Below, one piece after another: positions 25,991 through 38,399 of a DNA stretch of 64,000 nucleotides. A program made the position numbers and the translations under genes. The notes under the pieces are model-generated. The model saw only the letters and a list, made by a program, of their open reading frames with translations, did not search any database and had not been told where the DNA came from. Source of the stretch: Octopus bimaculoides (Eukaryota); contig NC_068982.1 in the NCBI RefSeq assembly GCF_001194135.2, positions 192,044,550 to 192,108,549 on the forward strand, read 5' to 3'. Position 1 is the first letter of the stretch; each line of letters opens with the position of its first letter.

Positions 25991-26092
25991 TTAACTGTTT
26001 AGCATTTAATCTGGCCATAATCGGCCAAAATATTCTGCCTGTTTTATGTTCAAAAGTGGTCAGATAAGGCCTCCCTCATGCTAAAGAGTTAA
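25991..26092. mobile_element. Internally deleted piggyBac-type MITE (94 bp)
   Basis: TTAA at 25991-25994 and 26089-26092, ends CTGTTTAGCATT / ATGCTAAAGAG. Matches one end of the 959 and 9840 family. Confidence 0.7.
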
Positions 26093-26199
26093 ATAAAAAT
26101 TAAATGAAAAAAAAACATGTCGAAAACTCTAAAATAATTACAAATTCTGGGATTTGCTTGAAGAATAAAACAACAAAATCTGAAAACAATAAATAAGAA

Positions 26200-26900
26200 A
26201 GAAATAAAAATCAAGTAACAACAATAACAAATCATTTAAAAAGCAAACCTCAGTTGAATACCGACTAAGCCCAACCTACTGAACGAAAGTCTTTCATTTG
26301 GCAATTTATTCTAATTAACGCGGTTGTGGCATGAATATCCAATATTATTGTCATAAACACGGCTGCGATGACAACGTGGCATAATCACTGCAAATTTTCT
26401 TCGTTTTCTTTTGTCGCGACACCAGGATGCCGGTTATCCAAGGATAACAATACCCTCTTCCTTCTGACCTGGCGGTGGAGAGCAAAATCGTTGGAGCATC
26501 GGGGAAAATGCCGTGTGGTTTTTCTGCCGATACTTTACGTTTTGAATTCAAATCTAAACGAAATTGACTTTGTTATCATTAACTTTTCAGGGGTTAATAA
26601 AAAAAAAAAAAAAAGTGAAGAGCTACTTTTGGTACATTCTATGACAAATCTATTAAAATTATCGGCCTTCTGCCAACAGTTTTATGAGAGGTGTACCGCT
26701 GGTTTTTAAAACAAATATGAAACTCTGATTGTCATTGTTTTTGTTTTCTGCAAACGGTTACATTTCGTGGAACTCCGCTAAGAGAGGACTTACATCACAG
26801 CACATTTTCATGCAAAGAGACGAAAATGATTTCTTTTCTTCTTTTCACGGTGAAAGGTTTCTGCATTATTTGAATGTGCTCTCTCCAACACAAGGATGAG
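26200..26900. promoter_or_regulatory. Candidate CpG-rich promoter / first-exon region
   Basis: Non-repetitive-looking sequence with 17 CpG in 26281-26580 (hand count) versus 0 in 14461-14760. Minus-strand ATGAAAATGTGCTGTGAT|GTAAGT donor at 26811-26788. Confidence 0.4.
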
Positions 26901-27997
26901 AAAGCAGATAGATGTATAGAGCGTTATCAAACCACCTAGATGGCCTTTTCTCATTCATGTGTGTGTGAGTGTGTAGAGGATGCTGACGACTTTTTTTCCG
27001 AGCTTTAATGTCAACAATCTTTCCACAAAGATATATATTAAATGCATGATGGCGCGCACGCACACGCACACACTCACACACACACACACACACACATACA
27101 CTTGTATAAGGAATTTATGAATGCGTACACCTCTGCATTTCTTTATGTATGTGAGTACGTACGTATATATGTATGCATGTTGTATGTAGGTATGCAATCA
27201 TGCATGCATGTACATACGTACATATGCATATGTAATCCATGCATTTTCTCTGCATTTATTTGTAGCAAATGTTTAACATTGCATATTCTCTAACGATTTC
27301 ACCTACGCCTCATTTTTAAGTAACTTTATATATACATCTACACACATGTTGTATAACCCCTTTGTTACATGTTTTCCTATGAATCAAAGATCCCTGGTCG
27401 CAAATAAATGTAAAGATTTAAATTCTATAATGTATTCTATGAAATAGGTTTTAATTTACACCTCAATGCCGAAGAGCTTTGCAACCCTACTTTCGAAATC
27501 TTTTGATCCTTTGATCTTTAACGTTTAAGAAAATATAATTTGCCGGCTGACATTATGGAACTTGTAACTCGAGGATACAGTGGCTTTGGAGTTGGCGTTT
27601 CTGCGATCGGTCATGTGAAAATTAGCGAATGTAAGCCAATAGTGGAAACCCATGATAGCTTCATACATTTACAAATGTATATTGAGAAAATATAGTATTT
27701 CCTTGCGTTCAGTAACTGGAAAAGTGTATGGCGGTAATATGTGGTTACAACAGGGAATTTCTTTGCTGCGTAATAATATTTATGCGAACATTTTCACGAA
27801 TTATTTTTATGAGCACAAATACAGAATCGACTAAGGTGAAGGAGTATAAAATACGGTGTGTTCTGCATTTGTATGCAAAATATAGAACATTTACATCCGT
27901 AAGACCAAGAAATATCTATTTTCATTGTCATATACTTTTATGGCTTTCACAATGGTGGCTTGTTTTCCATTATCACATCTCTTTACGTATCTGTCTG

Positions 27998-28046
<49 letters not shown>

Positions 28047-28446
28047 ATATATCTATTTACATAACTATTGCTCTCTCCGTATATTCTTTCTCTTTTTTCC
28101 AGCGCATCGCTTCTTTTTCCATTTATCCCTTTCTCTTCCACCCACCTGATACTTATTGCCTCTTTTCGCTCCACTTTCTCATTCCTGTTTCAGTCATTTA
28201 TCATTGTGCTTGCTGTGTTTTCCTTCCCAACACTTGACTCTGTTGAGGATAGCATTTAGTTCTTTAAGGTCGTTCACTTTTTGTCATCTGATCAATAAAC
28301 TGATTGAATAAACCGATCAATAAATGAAACGATAATGATAATCGGAAACAGTTGTAAGTCGAATTTATTGTTCTATATTTAAGAGACGAGGAACTATGTA
28401 CATTATTTACATTTGACGGATATTTGTCCTCATCTTGTTTGCTGTT

Positions 28447-28492
28447 AACACAAGGTTTCGGCTGATATACTCTCCAGCCTTCTTCAGGTGTC
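28447..28492 (-). ncRNA. Minimal type I hammerhead ribozyme, mutated copy (family H)
   Basis: GACAC-CUGAAGA-A-GGCUG-gagaguauau-CAGCC-GAAAC-CUU-GUGUU. G16.2 is changed to C. Lies within a repeat at about 28360-28520. Confidence 0.6.
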
Positions 28493-28560
28493 TTGGGGAA
28501 ATTTCCGGCCTGGGTTCTCATTTATTACAATAAAAGAATATGACCATCATTTATACCTGG

Positions 28561-28594
<34 letters not shown>

Positions 28595-28833
28595 NNNNNN
28601 NNNNNNNNNNNNNNNNNNNNNNNNNNNNNNNNNNNNNNNNNNNNNNNNNNNNNNNNNNNNNNNNNNNNNNNNNNNNNNNNNNNNNNNNNNNNNNNNNNNN
28701 NNNNNNNNNNNNNNNNNNNNNNNNNNNNNNNNNNNNNNNNNNNNNNNNNNNNNNNNNNNNNNNNNNNNNNNNNNNNNNNNNNNNNCCATCTGGCATTAGT
28801 TTTCTATGGAAAAATACAGTCGAATACTCTTGG

Positions 28834-28876
<43 letters not shown>

Positions 28877-29233
28877 GTATCGGTATCTGTAATTTAATAC
28901 CGTACAGATATATCCTTAGGGTGGTGAACTGATTTCTCATTCTATCAACTCAAGTCTCTTTGACGATGGGAGGTTGGCGATCTGTGCACGTGCGCACACC
29001 CAACTAGCACTAAGCGTACACTAAATTGCAGCGTTCATGTGTCACATATACTTCAAACCACGCAAACCTGCAGCAGGCCTGAACCTTCATCGGATATATC
29101 GTGGACGGTCGGTGAGAACTGCCATTGACAACGATGCAGTACAAAGTGATGTCGATCGTCTCTTAAGATGGCGCAATCACTATGCCTACATACATACATA
29201 CATACATAGATATATGCATCCATGCATGCATGT

Positions 29234-29612
29234 TGGCACTCCGTCGCTCTCGACGTCGAGGGTTCCAGTTGATCCGATCAACGGAACAGCCTGCTCGTGA
29301 AATTAACGTGCAAGTGGCTGAGTACTCCACAGACACGTGTACCCTTAACGTAGTTCTCGGGGATATTCAGCGTGACACAGTGTGACAAGGCTGACCCTTT
29401 GAATTACAGGCACAACAGAAACAGGAAGTAAGAGTGAGAGAACGTTGTGGTGAAAAAGTACAGCAGGGTTTGCCACCATCCCCTACCGGAGCCTCGTGGA
29501 GCTTTTTGGTGTTTTCGCTCAATAAACACTCACAATGCCCGGTCTGGGAATCGAAACCGCGATCCTATGACCGCGAGTCGGCTGCCCTAACCACTGGGCC
29601 ATTGCCCCTCCA
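29234..29612 (-). mobile_element. tRNA-SINE family D, CpG-intact copy
   Basis: Homologous to 10988-11373 and 51484-51864. A-box TGGCCCAGTGG, B-box GTTTCGATTCC. Confidence 0.9.
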
Positions 29613-30121
29613 NNNNNNNNNNNNNNNNNNNNNNNNNNNNNNNNNNNNNNNNNNNNNNNNNNNNNNNNNNNNNNNNNNNNNNNNNNNNNNNNNNNNNNNN
29701 NNNNNNNNNNNNNNNNNNNNNNNNNNNNNNNNNNNNNNNNNNNNNNNNNNNNNNNNNNNNNNNNNNNNNNNNNNNNNNNNNNNNNNNNNNNNNNNNNNNN
29801 NNNNNNNNNNNNNNNNNNNNNNNNNNNNNNNNNNNNNNNNNNNNNNNNNNNNNNNNNNNNNNNNNNNNNNNNNNNNNNNNNNNNNNNNNNNNNNNNNNNN
29901 NNNNNNNNNNNNNNNNNNNNNNNNNNNNNNNNNNNNNNNNNNNNNNNNNNNNNNNNNNNNNNNNNNNNNNNNNNNNNNNNNNNNNNNNNNNNNNNNNNNN
30001 NNNNNNNNNNNNNNNNNNNNNNNNNNNNNNNNNNNNNNNNNNNNNNNNNNNNNNNNNNNNNNNNNNNNNNNNNNNNNNNNNNNNNNNNNNNNNNNNNNNN
30101 NNNNNNNNNNNNNNNNNNNNC

Positions 30122-31295
30122 TCACCTAGGCATGTTATGACTTTCAAGCCACATTTGGTCTTCCCGCTTCAGCCATATATAGAAGCTGGCTTTTTCGACC
30201 GCCTCCTGTATCCTCCTTATCAGTTTTCTCAGTTCCAAACTTGAAAACGCAAATCTTCTCTTGAATAGCGCTGTCAGTTTCCTTTCAATGAAGCCTCTAG
30301 CCCCCACTGCCAGATGGTAGTACTCGACAGTCCATCCCTGTTCTCTGCACTCTTCGATTAGTTTCTCGTATCTCTTCTCCTTTCGTTTCTCTGCATTGTC
30401 GATGTTTTCTTCCCATGGTACTGTCAGTTCTAGCAAGATTCCTATTCTCCGTTCTGTGTTCCATATGACTAAGTCTGGTCTTTTTGTTGTTTTTATAAGT
30501 GGAAAAATTGCTAGACTTCCCAAATCCGTGGCCAGCTCCCAGTATCCCTTCCATCTTTCGTCTATCTCGTATATTTTATTTGGCGGCCTGGCCTTATGTC
30601 CTTTTCCCTCCTTCTGGAAGTATATTTTCCTGTGTTTTTCCACTTTGGGGTACTCTCCCCTATTGTATCCCTCAATCTTCTCCTTGAGTGCTGCGCTAAT
30701 GATGCCGAGGACTTGATTATGGCGCCATGTATACCTTTCTAGTGCTAGTCTGCAGCTTGACAGAACGTGTCTCACGGTCGCCTTCTCTCCGCATCCACAT
30801 TCATCGGTTGTTTTTATGTTCCATCGGACTAAGTTCGCTGGTGAGGGTAGAACGTCGAAGGTAGACTTGATCAGGAAGGCTGTTCTTGCTTATTCCCAAG
30901 CCCAAAGTTCCTTCCATGAGATTCTGCGACTGATCACGTATTCCTCCCATCTCAGGCACTGCCCCTGTTGACTATATTGCACCAAATGTACATTCGCCTT
31001 TCTTCTTCCTCCTTTCTCACTTCGTGTACTACTGCCTCTTTCATCTCTTTTACACTGCTCTTGCAAAATGGCCTGAAATTGCGCGTCCCTAGGCCGGCTC
31101 TTGCTTCTTGCGTTGCTCCAACTATATCGGCATGTCTTAGTATTCCGATCGCCCTGTTTACTGCTTCTTCCGCATTCCATTTCCTCCCTGTTCGTACCTT
31201 TGGAGGGTTTTCTCGGATGCTCTGATCTTTTGAATACCTTAGCATCATTACTGTCCTCGCCTTTCCTGCTTTATATTCTTCGGTGATTGTATTCA
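30122..31295 (-). mobile_element. HERO-like non-LTR retrotransposon 3' part (zinc knuckle and restriction-like endonuclease)
   Basis: EEYKAGKAR...VRTGRKWNAEEAV...GLG, QQGQCLRWE, FLIKSTFDVLPSPANLVRW, CGC..HVLSSC, RYTWRHNQVL, KRPDLVIW...LLELTVPWEE, AVGARGF. One frameshift near 30995 and one stop at 30890-30892. Confidence 0.85.
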
Positions 31296-32530
31296 ATATA
31301 TTCCCATCTCAGATTTACACACCTATTGAAGAGGTCCTACACTTTGTCTAAGCTCCGTAAAAAGACTCAGAAAGTGGGCCTTCGGCCAAGCCTGTGGCGA
31401 TATCCTTTAAGCTAGGAATTATTCAGTACTCCCTCGTATATGTTATATTAAGGAAATGTTGTTCGCTTGTTCTTACATACACATACAGACATATATCATA
31501 TTGTATTTCAGTATGTGGCTTAATTGTATTTTAGAGTACCTCTTCCAATTTCTGATATGCATGCATCATTCTATACTTTATCGCTCTTAAATACATTCAG
31601 CATTTTTTTTTTTGCCCCTTGACTAATCATTATGAACAAATAAAAATATTTTCCGAGATAGCTGTAAAATATTTATTCTAATAAGTACAGGAGCAACTCA
31701 TTTCCGTAAATTAATATTTAAATTCTGTTATTAATGTTAATATCGAAAATTTAGGCACACTTAATTATTATTTGCATTGCAAATTTAGATTGTCTCTGTT
31801 TTTGAAATTTCCGCCATATTTGAATAACGCTGGCATTGCAAGGACACTGGCTTTGCACGAATTGGACAAAACAGGAATTGCTTTTAATTATTCGAGTATC
31901 ATCGTAAAGTATAGTGTTACCCGTATGATTATGAAGAGAATCTTTGAAAGTAAACTTTAGCCACCATGAGAAATATATCAATTAATATATCAATTAATAT
32001 GATAATTATAATTTAACTTTTATGATACTTTTTGGTGCTAATGCAACTGATGAAAAGAATACTGCTTTTCAAAAGAAAATATTAATTACCCTCAAATTTC
32101 TCATTTGTGTAACTCTCTCCAAAACAACGGCATCTTTTATTCCTATTTCTTCCCCTCCTTCTGCTCCTCTTCTTTCTTCTCCCCTCCTTCTCTTTCCATG
32201 TCTTTATGATCTTCCTCTATCATTCTGAGTGCCTGCCGCCAAGCCTAGTGTATACCTTCATCCTGTAAATCTTACTCTCAAAATTTCTCTTTTATTCGCT
32301 TTCTCTTTCTCTCTCTCCCCACCTCGGGACAGCAGACATCAAACAAGTACCTATTATTATATAGAGAGAATATCGCTCTAAATTAATTATCTATTATGTG
32401 TGTGGGCTGAGTAAGTACACAATTAGATATGAATAGAATTCTTATCCTAAAATGAAACAAGAGAGAAAAGAACATTCCAATCATATTAAGCAACGGTATA
32501 CCTACTTTTGAAGGCACCTATACACGCGCA

Positions 32531-32604
<74 letters not shown>

Positions 32605-32615
32605 GAATTTATATG

Positions 32616-32656
<41 letters not shown>

Positions 32657-32721
32657 TTATATATAAATATATAGAAAGAGAGAGAGAGACACACACATAT
32701 ACATACACACGTCATTTAGTG

Positions 32722-33290
32722 ATTTATTTGTTTCAGTCATTTGACTGCGGCCATGCTGAAGCAGCGCCTTTAGCTGAACAAATCTTTCCCAGGACTTATT
32801 GTTTGTAAGCGTAGTACTTATTCTATCGGTCAGTTTTGCTGAACCGCTAAGTTATGGGGGTCTTAAACACACCAACATCGGTTGTCAAATGATTGCGGGG
32901 TGAAAATCGCAGACATAGACACAAATATATATATATATAGTTGGAATTTACAAAAAACAAAAGAGGAAGAAAGCTGTGCAAACAACAAACAGGTGTATTT
33001 GTTTAACGCTCAGTAATATGAAAAAGGTCTTTACGTTTCGAGCCTACGCTCTTCAGCAGAAAGGAACACGAGAGAATAAACAGAGAGAATAAAAACTGAA
33101 AGCTATAGTAGCTAGCTGTCAATCATGGTGATGGCCGGACAAAGGTGGGCATACGACGGGTTCCTTTCAGTTTGCATCTACCAAATCCACTCACAAGTCT
33201 TTAGTCGGTCTGATGCTACAGTTGAAGACACTTACTCAAGGTGACCCGCAGTGGAACTGAGCCCGGAATCATGTAGTTTGGAAGTATGTA
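32722..33290 (-). mobile_element. Family C SINE split at its (TA)n spacer by a hammerhead-bearing insert (about 32940-33150)
   Basis: 3' module 32722-32920, (TA)n 32925-32939, insert, then head 33153-33290. Confidence 0.7.
33028..33063 (-). ncRNA. Minimal hammerhead-like motif, variant core CUGCUGA (family P)
   Basis: CUUU-CUGCUGA-A-GAGC-guag-GCUC-GAAAC-GUA-AAGA. Appears one nucleotide shorter at the cleavage triplet than the 34828 copy. Confidence 0.5.
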
Positions 33291-33988
33291 TGGCGTCGGT
33301 TCAAGCAGGAGCGGTCTCACACAGCCATTGCAGCATTTTCGCTGTGTACTGGAATCAAATTCCGGCGAGGCCTACTTTCATCTTGTCGAGGTGTATGAAA
33401 TAACTTTCCATTCTTCCAACATCGATGAAATAATTTATTGGAACATATCAACGAAAAAATTTATTGGAACCCAGCCAAGGTAATTACGTATGTTAAATAC
33501 ATTTATAATTATCATCATCATTATATACGTGTAAACAGCATGAGTGACAACATACGTCAGTTTCTTTTTTGTTGTTACATCTTTTTCTTTAATGATGTTC
33601 TTATATAATTAAACGTGAACCATCCCCGCACGGAAATTAGGCATTTTATCAATACTATTCCACTGAGGTCAGCATAATATTGCTCCACCGTTTGGTTGAA
33701 TTAAAATATAGGTGAGAACACAATTCGTTAGAAATTCGTAAAATAATTAGCAAGTTATGTTTATCCAATTGTTATTCAAAATTCTAGTGACACAGTTTTA
33801 GTTCATAAGTGACTTTAAATTCTATTTTCGACATTTTGCTATTGTTTCCACGAAAATAAATTAATAATGAAAATTTAGCGCGTGCATGCGCGCGTGTGTG
33901 CCTGTATGTGTGTACGTCAGGGCGAGTATATGCATGTGTGTGTGCGTGTATACATACAGCTAGATATATGCACAAACATATATGTATA

Positions 33989-34067
<79 letters not shown>

Positions 34068-34740
34068 ATTCGTGTTATTCACACTACATGCGCGCACACA
34101 CACACACACACACGCACACACACACACGCACATATATATATATATATATATATATGCATGTGTGTGTGCTTGTGTATGTATATGTGTGTATGTCGTTACA
34201 TATGAGTGTATGTAGGGAGGGAAAAATTAAAATGAGACATTTGATACTAAACTTCCAGTAGTCCAAGTATTCTATACCATAATACATCGTGTGTGTGTGT
34301 GTGTATGTGTGTGTGTGTGTGTCTGTGTGCCCTACGTAGCATATTTATAATACTATGTAAGTATAGCAGAATGGCCGGTTCCGTTTACGCTTGTGTACGA
34401 GGGTGCATGTATGAATACATGTTAGATTCAAACGCCTAGGAAAGCGCATTCAATGCATATAATATAGATGCCATTGCTTTCACAGGTTTCTAATTAGTGA
34501 ATAAACTTCATGACTAGATCAATTAAGAATTGCTTTGTGAATTAATTGCTTCAGCAGGTATGTGGGCGTGCGTAAATATGTGTGCATTTAAGTGCGTACA
34601 CATATACATACATATATACATACATGCATATATATATATATATGCATATATATTATATATATATATTATTACATGCATATATATCCATGTATCTACATAT
34701 GTATGTATGTATGTATGTATATATATATATATATATATAT

Positions 34741-35220
34741 GGGAGAATATACAAATAACAACAGACGAGGACAGGTGGTGTAAATAACAAAAGGATATAT
34801 TAGTATGACGCTCGGGAATACGGAAAGTCTTTGACGTTTCGAGCTACGCTCTTCAACAGAAAGAATACGGAGACAAGGAGAAAAACACGGAGAAAAAAAA
34901 TTGACTAGTGTTCAGTCAACGGTCAATCATAATAATGGCCGATCATAAGAATGGCTGACCGGGAGTTAGAAATTCTTTTTTTCAGGAGAGCTAAGAAAGG
35001 GGGAGATAACAAACGGTGATCGGGAACGAGGGGCTGTGTGTGGGAGGTAGAATGCTGGTGATCTTGACGTATGTAGTGTGAAAATGGGGAAGGGAGAAAG
35101 GGAGAAAGTAGTTGGTCAGTTGTAGTGTGTGCGTGGTGTGATGCGAGGGTATTGGTGTGGTGTGATATGAGGGTGTTGGGAGGTGGGGAAGGCATGGGTG
35201 GAGTGTGGGTTAGGCTGCGG
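34741..35220 (-). mobile_element. Penelope-type non-autonomous fragment (family P) abutting (TA)n
   Basis: Shares the GACGCTC..GTCTTTGACGTTTCGAGC..CGCTCTTCA..AGAAAG and GTCAATCAT..TGGCCG blocks with 32940-33150. Carries a hammerhead motif. Confidence 0.55.
34828..34864 (-). ncRNA. Minimal type I hammerhead-like motif, variant core CUGUUGA (family P)
   Basis: UCUUU-CUGUUGA-A-GAGC-gua-GCUC-GAAAC-GUC-AAAGA: 5-bp stem I, 4-bp stem II, palindromic ACGU stem III, GUC site. Confidence 0.65.
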
Positions 35221-35235
35221 GTGGGGTAGAGGAAT

Positions 35236-35607
35236 GTTGTCTGCCTTTACGTTCTGACTTCCAATTCCACTGGAGTCGACTTTGCCTTACATCTTTTCAC
35301 GACGGATAGAATCAGGAGCAGTTGAGCACCGGGACCGATTTAATCGACTAGCCCCTCCCTGAAGCCTGTTGCTTCTCTACCAAAATTTGAAACCAATATT
35401 GGTCTCAAATTTTGGAACCAGGTCAGCAGTTTCGGTAGAGAGGCAAAGTCGATTACATCGATTCCCAGTAATTATTTTATCGACCCCGAAAAGATGAAAA
35501 ACAAAATTTACGTGGGTTGCCTTTTCAACCCAGAAGGTAACGACAAACAAAATGCCGCTAAGTTTTTTGCCCGGCGTGCTAACGATTCTGCCAACTCACC
35601 ACCTCGA
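35236..35607. mobile_element. Two family M SINEs fused tail-to-tail
   Basis: Plus copy 35236-35397 and minus copy 35398-35607 meet in the palindrome CAAAATTTGAAACCAATATTGGTCTCAAATTTTG. Confidence 0.75.
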
Positions 35608-35850
35608 ATTCAGAACTACTATTAAGAAATAAAATATATCAACCCCAACTAATCTATACAGCAGAGATTATAGTCAGCAAAGGACACGTGTTGTAACATT
35701 GATATATTTAAAGGCACTTCTTTATACACATATGTATAAGAACTAAAATTATAATATTTAAATTTCCCTATAGATATATTTTATGGTTTCGATTAGGCAT
35801 AGCGATACTAATGAGCAGTTCTTTGAACTCAATATACATATGCTTTAGAG

Positions 35851-38399
35851 TTCTGTTTTCCAGACTCTCCCTGTTAGTGACACACTTTTTAAACATACAT
35901 AATTTAGCGACACACCAGTTTTATACACACTTAACATTAGTTATTTTAACATGATCTACCATGGCTATTAGATGCCGATGCATAAATTAAATTTAATAGC
36001 GGAACATGTTGAGAAAACCTTTCATTTATATTTTATAAATATATAATTTGTGAACAAATTTAAATTCATTTTCTAGAAAAATAAGTTATCATTTATCGAT
36101 AATAATCTGTAAATATGTGCAACGATTAATAAAAAACAAGCATTTTCAAGTTTCCATATTTCGATGCCTTTAAGTTAAACATTACTGAAAAGGTGCTTCG
36201 CAAATGTATGTAGTAGAAAACTGCAAAAGAATTTGTAAAGCATTTATTTAGTTTCGTTCAGATACTTCTCCGAAACACGAATCCAAAAGATCTGTAAGTT
36301 CCCCTCTTCGTAAACTAATAACAGACGCCGATCATTCTTGATTTCAGCTAGTTGTTCTTCGGTAAGTGAAAAATCAACGGTTGTAGTTGCAAGAAATGGA
36401 TTTCTGATCCAATCGTAGTTTTGGATTTCAATATTTGGAAAATGATAATCGAGTTTTTCTCTAAGCAATGTTAAATGGTCAGCAATAAACGAACTGAATT
36501 CACATTTTAGCTCGCACTCGCAAGTTTTGGAAAACATTTCAAAATTTCCGTATTTTATTTTGTTTCCAAATTGTTATCTTGTCTCGCATAGGACAAATTT
36601 TATAAGTCGATGTTTAGATAGTTGTCCGAAAGATATTTGGTGTTCCAAAGTTCGTCTTGAAACAGATCGTGGAATTAAAATTCTGTTGAGTTTAAGCATC
36701 ATTTCTCTCAGCTCGTATACACGACAGAGCACACAACCTTTTGAAAGCCAACAAACCTCAGTGTGTATTAGAAGTTTCTTGAAATTTGCTCCCATTTCTT
36801 CACAGATATGAGCACATAGTATTGGTTTAAGAGGACTACGCTTGATGTAATTGATTATTTGATCAACTTCGTTTATAACTCTTCGTAAATCATCTCCAAC
36901 AGTTTGCGCAATTAGTGCTTGGCAATGCAAAAAACGAGTAATAACAATATTTGTATTCTCTTTTTTTGCCAATAGCTTACCATTGAAGGTGCGCCATCTG
37001 TGCATATTCTGACACAGTTATCCATTACAAATTATTTTCCTTCATGAAAGAATTTAAAGCTTGAAAATTGTCTTCACCTCTGGTTCTCTATGGAAGTTCT
37101 AGACAACGCGAGAATCAATCAATAATTCTGTCATTATAAATGAAACGTATAAAAAGCATGAATAGTGTTAACCCACTAACATCTGTTAATAGGTCTCCTA
37201 CAATGCAGACATCATGTTATCTTGAAAAATATCCTTCATTGGCAGCTTAATGTCATCAGACATATCTTGGATTCGTTTTCCAATTTTATTAACTTTTATT
37301 AATCTCAAATTCGCGTCCAAACATTGTTCGAACAATAGTACAGAAAGATTCCTTAAAAGCAATGCTATGTCGTTTCTTATTTTAGGCAATTATTTGTTAA
37401 ACCAAGTAACTTGCCTCGAGCTGTGTCTGATGTCTTCATTCTCTTTGTAAACGTTGAAACCTGATTTTTCAAAGATTTTGAAAGTTCAATGAAGCATTCT
37501 ACCAGATTTGTTCACAAATTTCCGTGCCTAATGCTGAAATGACGCTTTAATTAGTTGGGTACCATACTTTGGTTTGCAAGTATATTCTCACAAACTAAAC
37601 ACACGGGACTAGGGTTGTTTTCATTTCCAGAAAATATAAAGCCCAGTTTTATATAATCTTTTTTGTATAAACGAGGCTTAAAAGTTTTTCCTGTGCCCTT
37701 CTCAATCACTGATGCAGGTCGTTCAATAGTTGTTAAAATGGCTTCCTTCGTAGCTGTTAAATTCTGTTCATTGGAAACGTCATCTTCTGCAACTTTTCTT
37801 TTCTTAATTAAAACCTTATCCAGTTTATGGGCTATTTAATTACGATTTATGAATAAAACTAAGCTGATTTATAATAGTTACGATAACTAAACATGTAATT
37901 AATATCACCAGCACTAAGGACGATAAAATTAGAAATGGCAAGTTGCACTTAATTAGAGGACCCAAATCCTAAGGCTAAGCCCGCGAGACTGATGAACAAG
38001 GGGCAGGTGTGGAATGAGTTTAATGTGATTTCATAATTATTAGTTCACGTTCAGTAATGCGTAATATTCGCTCACTAAAACATTTACGGCTTTGAACATT
38101 TTTAATCGATTTTCAATTTACTTCGGACAAGAGAATAGCGCTCGCAATATGTTAATTCTTTTACACTGAATAAAATACAATGAAAATGAGCGTTATATAA
38201 TGAAGATTACTTGCGCCTTTTCTCTATTTTTTTAAAATTTCGCCTCCAAACATTAAGTGGGAAACGATAGCCTGTAGGTACATGCATTGGCATGCTCATT
38301 ATGCTAACAAACAAATTCTGAAAAGCTGAATCAAATTGGTATTGGGTATTTTATATATTAGTTTCCCTATGTTTGCGGCACACCATTTGCGAAACACTC
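35851..38399 (-). mobile_element. hAT (Buster/Charlie-type) DNA transposon, decayed, both ends present
   Basis: Transposase remnants FLHCQALIAQ..., LLIHTEVCWLSKGCVLCRVYELRE, YDWIRNPF. Degenerate TIRs. 8-bp TSD CTTTAGAG (35843-35850) / CTATAGAG (38400-38407) with central TA. Confidence 0.85.

Noticed and set aside
29100-29180. YY1-like AAGATGGCGC promoter motif / CR1-like DAVQSDVDRLLRW peptide
   Set aside because: Each match is too short and the two readings compete; neither can be supported without data.
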